Below, in pieces: positions 57,347 through 64,000 of a DNA stretch of 64,000 nt. The notes under the pieces were generated by a model. That model was not told the origin of the DNA. It worked only from the letters and a program-made list of their open reading frames with translations, and did no database searches. Source of the DNA: Salinivirgaceae bacterium (GTDB lineage Bacteria; Bacteroidota; Bacteroidia; Bacteroidales; SZUA-534). The position numbers and the translations under genes were made by a program. Each line of letters starts with the position of its first letter. Position 1 is the stretch's first letter. The stretch lies in the NCBI GenBank assembly GCA_016342715.1, contig JAEINW010000003.1, positions 604 to 64,603 on the forward strand. Reading direction: 5' to 3'.

Positions 57347-57682
57347 ATGAAAATAAAGGATATAATTGAAAAGCTTGAGTTAAAAGTTATTGGCGGTGAA
57401 GCTGGACTTGAGAATGAAATAAGTGGAGCATATACCAGCGACTTATTAAGCGATGTTATGGGCAATATTGATGATGGAAATGTTTGGATTACTCTTCAAA
57501 CTCATAAAAATGTAATGGCCATTGCTTCCTTACGCGAATCTAGTGCGGTTATCTTAGTAAAAGGACTACAACCTGATGTTGATATGCTTGAAAAAGCAAA
57601 CGAAGAAGGCATTCCAGTTCTTGGAACCGAGTTGGAAACATTTGAAATATCAGGAAAATTGTATCAATTACTAAATCCATAA
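57347..57682 (+). CDS. DRTGG domain protein (second copy)
   Basis: TSDLLSDVMGN..VWITLQTHKNVMAIASLRESSAVILVKG. Confidence 0.75.
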   Translation: MKIKDIIEKLELKVIGGEAGLENEISGAYTSDLLSDVMGNIDDGNVWITLQTHKNVMAIASLRESSAVILVKGLQPDVDMLEKANEEGIPVLGTELETFEISGKLYQLLNP

Positions 57683-57687
57683 CCAAG

Positions 57688-57720
57688 AGCCCTACGAGGG
57701 TTCAGAACTCTCGTAGGGCT
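57688..57720. repeat. REP hairpin R4 (AGCCCTACGAGGG-TTCAGAA-CTCTCGTAGGGCT)
   Basis: One mismatch in a 13-bp stem. Sits in the 66-nt gap between the DRTGG and PHP genes. Confidence 0.85.
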
Positions 57721-57748
57721 TAAATACTTGAAAGATTTAAATCAAACT

Positions 57749-58486
57749 ATGAATACATACCAAGCCGACCTACACATTCATACCATATTATCTCCTTGCG
57801 GCGATTTGCAAATGAGTCCTAAAAATATTATTGCAGAAGCTGCTAAAAAAGGTTTGGATATTATAGGGATAACAGATCATAATTCCACACGCCAATCTCG
57901 ACTTATAAAAAAACTAGGTGAAAAAGAAGGAATTTTTGTTTTATGTGGCGCTGAGCTAACATCAAAAGAAGAAGCTCATTGTTTGGTTTTTATGCCCGAT
58001 GATGAATCATTGGCTTTATTACAAGCTTTTTTAGATACTAATTTGCCAAATATTCAGAATGACGTAAATCAATTTGGGTATCAGGTTTGTGTGGATGAAA
58101 AGGAAAATATTGTATTTGAAGAGCCACGCTTATTAATATCGGCAATAAATAAATCAATAAAAGAGATTCAGGAGCTTACGTATTCTTTAGGTGGAATTTT
58201 TATTCCTGCCCATGTTAATCGCCCTAGGTATAGTATTATAAGTCAATTGGGCTTTATCCCCGACGATTTATTGGTAGATGCATTAGAACTATCGAGACAT
58301 ATTACTCGTGCAGAGTTTATTAAACAAAATCGTTATTTAGAAAAATACAATTTTATCAGTAATTCTGATGCACATTTTGTGAATGATGTTGGAGCCGTAA
58401 ATACTCTACTGCAAATGGAGATGCGATCATTTGAAGAGCTGAAAATGGCTTTAAATGGGTTGGATGGTCGTAAAATAATTTATTAG
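57749..58486 (+). CDS. PHP-domain phosphoesterase
   Basis: ADLHIHTILSPCGD..IIGITDHNS..IPAHVNRP..SNSDAH metal-ligand pattern. ATG at 57749 (the track starts at a TTG at 57728). Confidence 0.8.
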   Translation: MNTYQADLHIHTILSPCGDLQMSPKNIIAEAAKKGLDIIGITDHNSTRQSRLIKKLGEKEGIFVLCGAELTSKEEAHCLVFMPDDESLALLQAFLDTNLPNIQNDVNQFGYQVCVDEKENIVFEEPRLLISAINKSIKEIQELTYSLGGIFIPAHVNRPRYSIISQLGFIPDDLLVDALELSRHITRAEFIKQNRYLEKYNFISNSDAHFVNDVGAVNTLLQMEMRSFEELKMALNGLDGRKIIY

Positions 58487-58590
58487 TTTGTGACACTCTT
58501 TTGTTTTGAAAACAGGAAATAAATAAGCATGAAATTCCAGTAATAAATAAGTAACACAAAGTAAAAATATATTTAAAACAGTTTGTATAA

Positions 58591-59130
58591 ATGAAAGATA
58601 TAGCGGAACATATTTTAGATATTTCTCAAAACAGTATTTCTGCTGATTCCACATTTGTTGAAATTAAAATCCATCAATCGATCGCAGATAATAGCTATAC
58701 CCTTATCATTATAGATAATGGTAAAGGAATGGATAAGAATACAGTTCAACGTGTAATTGACCCATTTTATACCTCCAGAACAACGCGCAAAGTTGGGCTC
58801 GGATTACCTTTGTTAAAACAAAATGCTGAAATAACGGGCGGTAATTTTTCTATTCAATCAAAAGTTGGCGAAGGCACTAAGGTGCAAGCCGAATTTATAT
58901 TAGATAATATTGATAGAATTCCAGAAGGAGATGTCTCTGGCACGATCGTTTTGTTAGTTGTGATAAATCCAACATTAGATTTTAAATTTGAATACGCTAC
59001 CGATCGTGGAAATTATATTTTTAATACCCGAGAAATTAAAGACATATTAGGAAATGTCCCCATAACAGATAATTCAGTGCGGAAGTATTTAATTGAAATG
59101 ATTCAAGAAAATATCAAAGAGATTTGCTGA
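58591..59130 (+). CDS. HATPase_c-type ATP-binding protein
   Basis: IIDNGKGMD..FYTSRTTRKVGLGLPLL..GEGTKV. Confidence 0.75.
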   Translation: MKDIAEHILDISQNSISADSTFVEIKIHQSIADNSYTLIIIDNGKGMDKNTVQRVIDPFYTSRTTRKVGLGLPLLKQNAEITGGNFSIQSKVGEGTKVQAEFILDNIDRIPEGDVSGTIVLLVVINPTLDFKFEYATDRGNYIFNTREIKDILGNVPITDNSVRKYLIEMIQENIKEIC

Positions 59131-59307
59131 TCATTATGGCTGTATTCTAACTGCAGATTGTGTTTTATTAAAATAAGGTTTTATTTGCAATCTTTAAACC
59201 TTCGTATGTGAAATTATAGAAAGCATGATAATCTTATTAGCTTATTAAATAATGATTTAGCAGAAGGTTTTTTTATCTGTAATGGCTGAAAGCCATAAAT
59301 AATATAG

Positions 59308-59326
59308 CTTAGGGCAACGCCCTAAG
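59308..59326 (+). terminator. GC hairpin CTTAGGGC-AAC-GCCCTAAG followed by a T-rich tract (possible terminator of the sensor operon)
   Basis: Direct reading. A second small palindrome, ATGGCT-GAA-AGCCAT, lies at 59282-59296. Confidence 0.35.
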
Positions 59327-59886
59327 TTGTTTATTGTTAATAACAAGCGATGCAAGCAAAAAATTAGTTTTTTATGAAATTATCTGCATGCATCGCCATC
59401 TTTAACATTAAATATCTCGGTGATTTAATTTAAAAACCAACTTTTTTCTGTGATCCGTTTTCACTATCATAAGTAATAAAATAACAATCACTCACAAATT
59501 AGAAAAGAGCCATCATTATTTAGAATGAATATAAATTTAGTGTTTTGTGAATACGTTTGCATGACAAATATATTTTATAGTTTAAAGCGTGCACTACTCT
59601 GGCATGGGTATCAATAAAGAAATAATTCTATGTTTATATTCTATAACATTATTTTTTAAAGAAATAATTCTTTATTAAAAACAAACATTATTAAATAGTT
59701 GCAAAACAAATGAATAAGTGATTTGCATGATGCGTGAAAACCAAAAAACATGATTTTATTCATACAAAAAGCCCCTTATCTAAAATCAATATAAATAACT
59801 GGTTTTTATTATCCTATCATAATTTTGTAACATTGCAAAGTAATTTATAACAAAGAACTTTTTAAGTAACTAAAACGATATAATTT

Positions 59887-60282
59887 ATGGCAAAGGTTAA
59901 ATCTTTAGCTGATTTGCAAAAACTTAAAGCAGATTTGCAGACTAAAGTTGATCTAAGAGAAAAAGGCGAAGGCGCTGAAAATCTGGTACAGATTAAGGTT
60001 GCTATGGCTACTTGTGGAATTGCTTCTGGAGCAAAACAAGTAATGGAATTTTTCATGGATGAACTTGAGAAAAGAAATATTGAAGCTGTTGTTACTCAAA
60101 CAGGCTGTATGGGTTACTGCTATGCAGAACCTACTGTTGAGATAAAACTTCCAAATCAGGATCCTGTAGTTTTTGGTGATGTTGATATCAAAAAAGCAGA
60201 TGAGATTATAGAGAAGTATGTGAAAACTGGGGAGCTTGTTAACGGCATAATACCTCAGAATTATAATACTATTGACGAATAA
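59887..60282 (+). CDS. Thioredoxin-like [2Fe-2S] ferredoxin-domain protein
   Basis: VAMATCGIASGA..TGCMGYCYAEP. Confidence 0.75.
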   Translation: MAKVKSLADLQKLKADLQTKVDLREKGEGAENLVQIKVAMATCGIASGAKQVMEFFMDELEKRNIEAVVTQTGCMGYCYAEPTVEIKLPNQDPVVFGDVDIKKADEIIEKYVKTGELVNGIIPQNYNTIDE

Positions 60283-60302
60283 ACGATTAGGAGGCAATTA
60301 GA

Positions 60303-62096
60303 ATGAATAAATATAAAATGCATCTCCTTGTTTGCGGTGGAACAGGCTGTAAAGCTTCAGCAAGCGATGCTTTAGAAGATAAGTTAACCAAAGAGTTAGA
60401 AGAAAAATCTCTTCAAGATGAAGTTCAGGTTGTTAAAACCGGATGTTTTGGCTTTTGTGAAAAAGGACCTATTGTAAAGGTGCTTCCTGACAATACTTTT
60501 TATACTCAGGTGAAACCTGAAGATGCAAAAACAATTATTGAAGAGCATGTTATAAAAGGGCGTAAGGTTGAAAGATTACTTTACTTAGATCCGGAAACTA
60601 AAATGCATGTTACTGACTCTAAACACATGGGATTTTATAAAAAACAAATACGTGTTGCTTTACGTAACTGTGGTTTTATTAATCCTGAAAGTATTGAAGA
60701 AGCTATTGCACGTGATGGTTATGCTGCATTGGCAAAAGTGCTGACTGAAATGACCCCTGACCAAGCGATTCAAGAGATATTAGACTCAGGACTTCGCGGT
60801 CGTGGAGGAGGTGGTTTTCCAACAGGTTTAAAATGGAAACTTACGGCTAAGGAAAAAGCCGATCAAAAATATGTTGTTTGTAATGCAGATGAAGGTGACC
60901 CCGGTGCATTTATGGACCGTTCAATTCTCGAAGGCGATCCGCATTCAGTTATCGAAGCAATGGCTATCAATGGCTATTGTACTGGAGCTACAAAAGGTTT
61001 AATTTATATTCGTGCGGAATATCCTTTGGCTATTACGCGTTTAAAAATCGCCATTGATCAAGCACGTGAATTTGGTTTGTTAGGTAACGATATTTTGGGT
61101 TTAGGTTTCGATTTCGATCTTGAAATGCGTTATGGTGCAGGTGCTTTTGTATGTGGAGAAGAAACTGCTCTTATTCATTCTATGGAAGGTGAACGCGGTG
61201 AACCAACATTTAAACCACCATTCCCATCGGTTGAAGGTTATTTGAAAAAACCAACCAACGTAAACAACGTTGAAACATATGCCAACATTCCAGTTATTTT
61301 CTTAAAAGGAGCCAACTGGTTTAATAAAATTGGTACCGAAAAATCAAAAGGAACTAAAGTTTTTGCCTTAGCCGGTAAAATTAATAATGTGGGACTTATC
61401 GAAGTTCCAATGGGAACCACTTTACGTGAAGTAATTTACGAAATTGGTGGTGGAATAAAAGACGGAAAGAAATTTAAAGCAGTTCAAACTGGCGGACCTT
61501 CGGGAGGTTGTTTGACTGAAAAGCATTTAGATACTCCAATTGATTTTGATAACTTGATTGCTGTTGGTTCTATGATGGGATCGGGTGGTATGATTGTTAT
61601 GGATGAAGATGATTGTATGGTTTCTATGGCTAAATTTTATTTGGAATTTACGGTTGAAGAATCATGCGGAAAATGCGCTCCATGTAGAATTGGAAACAAG
61701 CGCTTACATGAACAGTTAGAATTAATTACAAAAGGTATAGGTTCAAAAGCCGATCTTGAAAAACTAAGAGACCTTTGTAATGTAATAAAAGATACTTCAC
61801 TATGTGGTTTGGGGCAAACTTCACCAAACCCTGTGCTTTCAACTATTGATAACTTCTATGATGAATATTTAGCGCACGTTGAAGATCAAAAATGTCCGGC
61901 AGGAGTTTGTAAGGATTTAATGCAATATGTGATTTCACATGACGAATGTGTGGGTTGTACAGCTTGTGCCAGAGTTTGCCCAGTTGGAGCAATTGCAGGT
62001 GAACGCAAAGGACCACATACTATTGATTCAGCAATCTGTATCAAATGTGGAGCTTGTATCGAGAAGTGTAAATTTAATGCAATTAGCATACAATAA
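60303..62096 (+). CDS. hydB: NuoF-like flavoprotein subunit of NAD(P)-linked/bifurcating [FeFe] hydrogenase (HydB type)
   Basis: GLRGRGGGGFPTGLKW (FMN), ESCGKCAPCRIG, N-terminal 2Fe-2S Trx-like domain, two C-terminal 4Fe-4S motifs. Confidence 0.9.
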   Translation: MNKYKMHLLVCGGTGCKASASDALEDKLTKELEEKSLQDEVQVVKTGCFGFCEKGPIVKVLPDNTFYTQVKPEDAKTIIEEHVIKGRKVERLLYLDPETKMHVTDSKHMGFYKKQIRVALRNCGFINPESIEEAIARDGYAALAKVLTEMTPDQAIQEILDSGLRGRGGGGFPTGLKWKLTAKEKADQKYVVCNADEGDPGAFMDRSILEGDPHSVIEAMAINGYCTGATKGLIYIRAEYPLAITRLKIAIDQAREFGLLGNDILGLGFDFDLEMRYGAGAFVCGEETALIHSMEGERGEPTFKPPFPSVEGYLKKPTNVNNVETYANIPVIFLKGANWFNKIGTEKSKGTKVFALAGKINNVGLIEVPMGTTLREVIYEIGGGIKDGKKFKAVQTGGPSGGCLTEKHLDTPIDFDNLIAVGSMMGSGGMIVMDEDDCMVSMAKFYLEFTVEESCGKCAPCRIGNKRLHEQLELITKGIGSKADLEKLRDLCNVIKDTSLCGLGQTSPNPVLSTIDNFYDEYLAHVEDQKCPAGVCKDLMQYVISHDECVGCTACARVCPVGAIAGERKGPHTIDSAICIKCGACIEKCKFNAISIQ

Positions 62097-62112
62097 AGGA
62101 GGAGATTGAATA

Positions 62113-63882
62113 ATGGAATTTGTTAATTTAACTATAGATAATAAGTCCGTTAAGGTAGAAAAAGGAACAAGTATCTTAAAAGCTGCACGTTCAGTTGGTA
62201 TCGAAATCCCTACCTTATGTTATATGAGCCTTGGCGACATGGATATTGAAAATAAGCCAGGTGGATGTAGAATTTGTGTTGTTGAAGTTGAGGGTAGAAG
62301 AAACCTCGCACCTTCGTGTGCCACTAATGTTGATGAAAACATGGTGGTTAAAACAAACACTATGCGTGTAATGAATGCACGTAGAACAGTTCTTGAATTA
62401 ATTTTATCCGATCACCCTGCTGATTGTTTAATTTGTCCAAAATCTGGCAATTGCGAATTGCAAGATATGGCACATCAATTAGGGGTTCGTGAAATTCATT
62501 TTAAAGGAGCACAATCAACCTATCAGCCTGATTATTCACCATCAATTATTCGTGATCTTGATAAATGTATCATGTGTCGTAGATGCGAAACCATGTGTAA
62601 TGACGTACAAACGGTTGGCGCACTTCATGCAATAAATCGTGGTTTTGAATCGGTTGTTGCACCTGCATTTGAAATGGATTTAGAAAAATCAACCTGTACC
62701 TATTGTGGTCAGTGTGTGGCAGTTTGTCCTACAGGAGCATTAACAGAGGTTGATCATACCAACGAAATAGTGAGAGCCTTAGCTGATCAAAGTAAAACCG
62801 TAGTTGTTCAAACTGCACCCGCAGTTAGAGCTGCTTTAGGTGAAGAATTTGGACAGGAACCGGGAACCTTGGTTACTGGAAAAATGGCCGCTGCTTTACG
62901 TCGCTTAGGATTCAATTATGTATTTGATACCGATTTTAGTGCCGACCTTACCATTATGGAAGAAGGTACAGAATTATTAGGTCGTTTAGGTAGGCATTTA
63001 GCTGGTGATAAAACAGTTAAACTTCCAATTTTAACATCATGTTGTCCGGCTTGGGTAAATTTTTTCGAAAAACAATTTCCCGATATGTTAGACATTCCAT
63101 CAACAGCACGTTCTCCTCAGCAAATGTTTGGTGCTATTGCAAAAACATATTTTGCTGAAAAAATTGAAATCAAACGTGAAGATATGATTGTTGTTTCTGT
63201 GATGCCTTGTTTGGCTAAGAAATACGAATGTCAACGCGATGAGTTTAAAACTGATGATAATCCAGATGTAGATTTCTCAATTTCAACTCGCGAATTGGCT
63301 CAACTTATCAAACGTGCAAATATTGACTTCAATTCTTTACCTGATGAAGATTTCGATCATCCTTTGGGTGAGTCAACAGGTGCTGCTGTAATTTTTGGAA
63401 CAACCGGTGGTGTTATTGAAGCTGCTTGTAGAACTGCCTACGAAGTTTATACAAAGAAAAAATTAGAAAAAGTTGACTTTGAAGAATTAAGAGGATTTGA
63501 AGGCATTCGTTCAGCTACTATCGATTTTGATGGCTTACCAATAAGTATTGGAATAGCTCATGGATTAGGAAATGCAAGAAAACTTCTTGAAGATATTCGC
63601 TCAGGAAAATCAAATTATCATGCTATTGAAGTAATGGCATGTCCAGGTGGATGTATTGGTGGTGGTGGTCAACCATTACACCATGGTGATTCTTCAATCT
63701 TGAAAAAACGTCAAATGGCAATTTATCAGGAAGATAAAAATAAACCTATTCGTAAATCGCATGAGAACCCATACATTACTAAATTGTATGAAGAATTCTT
63801 AGGTGAGCCTTTAAGCGAGAAAGCACATCATTTATTGCATACGCATTATTTCAATAAGAAAAAGAATATTGAATTAGAGTAG
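62113..63882 (+). CDS. hydA: Catalytic [FeFe] hydrogenase (HydA/HndD type)
   Basis: Canonical H-cluster motifs TSCCPAW, MPCLAKKYE and EVMACPGGCIGGGGQP, plus N-terminal 2Fe-2S and 4Fe-4S modules. Confidence 0.95.
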   Translation: MEFVNLTIDNKSVKVEKGTSILKAARSVGIEIPTLCYMSLGDMDIENKPGGCRICVVEVEGRRNLAPSCATNVDENMVVKTNTMRVMNARRTVLELILSDHPADCLICPKSGNCELQDMAHQLGVREIHFKGAQSTYQPDYSPSIIRDLDKCIMCRRCETMCNDVQTVGALHAINRGFESVVAPAFEMDLEKSTCTYCGQCVAVCPTGALTEVDHTNEIVRALADQSKTVVVQTAPAVRAALGEEFGQEPGTLVTGKMAAALRRLGFNYVFDTDFSADLTIMEEGTELLGRLGRHLAGDKTVKLPILTSCCPAWVNFFEKQFPDMLDIPSTARSPQQMFGAIAKTYFAEKIEIKREDMIVVSVMPCLAKKYECQRDEFKTDDNPDVDFSISTRELAQLIKRANIDFNSLPDEDFDHPLGESTGAAVIFGTTGGVIEAACRTAYEVYTKKKLEKVDFEELRGFEGIRSATIDFDGLPISIGIAHGLGNARKLLEDIRSGKSNYHAIEVMACPGGCIGGGGQPLHHGDSSILKKRQMAIYQEDKNKPIRKSHENPYITKLYEEFLGEPLSEKAHHLLHTHYFNKKKNIELE

Positions 63883-63917
63883 TAATAAATTCTTGTTGAA
63901 CGAAAAAAAATAAAGAT

Positions 63918-64000
63918 ATGACCAGTGTAAAAATAAAACTAAATCCGGCTGAAGTAGCTAAGTTAAGAGAAGCTTGTGCTTCATTTAACAACGAAGCTGG
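63918..64000 (+). CDS. 5' end of a further ORF (MTSVKIKLNPAEVAKLREACASFNNEA..), truncated by the window edge
   Basis: An ATG 36 nt after the hydA stop, open to the end of the window. Identity not determinable. Confidence 0.4.
   Translation, partial: MTSVKIKLNPAEVAKLREACASFNNEA

Noticed and set aside
56992-57465. 157-aa minus-strand ORF, and similar antisense ORFs at 10945-11247, 25991-26362, 59953-60297 and 61886-62089
   Set aside because: All lie antisense within strongly supported CDSs (the HydA-like gene, ettA, the PP2C sensor, the ferredoxin gene, hydB) and have low-complexity translations.

Overview
AT-rich, Bacteroidota-type chromosomal window. The taxon guess rests on two giant surface proteins with T9SS C-terminal sorting domains, two CarboxypepD_reg-type TonB-dependent receptors, and AraC and Crp/Fnr regulators. 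No rRNA, tRNA or CRISPR array was seen.

Left third (1-16.5 kb): a TonB-dependent receptor locus sits among repeat debris and gene fragments (a MITE-like element, 41-42 bp tandem repeats, a truncated CDF transporter, an XRE tail). It is followed by a YedF/DsrE-like gene, a cysteine-desulfidase-like gene, a DUF418 gene, ettA, an IS1595 zinc-ribbon-only ORF, and a small redox/sulfur cluster (VOC, decayed UDG, radical SAM, PNPOx-like, rhodanese, TauE).

Middle (16.5-44 kb): a CotH/LTD giant secreted protein, PAP2 and MazG-like genes, and an operon of a secreted caspase (C14) plus a beta-propeller/Y_Y_Y-PP2C sensor. Then come a membrane AraC regulator, a decayed ATPase/Bro-N island, and a 2748-aa LamG/FG-GAP/FN3/PKD/Ig adhesin followed by three genes that share an unassigned domain.

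Right third (44-64 kb): osmC, crp/fnr, hisS, a REPtron (frameshifted RAYT flanked by REP hairpins), hutH, a second TonB receptor, and a 610-bp array of five structured repeat modules. The window ends with a sensory [FeFe]-hydrogenase-like regulatory module and HydB/HydA-type hydrogenase genes.

Most interesting observations:
- the covarying two-hairpin tandem array at 54335-54945;
- a 38-bp conserved motif shared by the caspase-PP2C operon and the adhesin operon;
- the unknown-domain OMP gene set downstream of the adhesin;
- the REP/RAYT family, including a REP copy inside the hydrogenase-sensor operon.

All functional calls are from reading motifs in the supplied translations. No database search was run.
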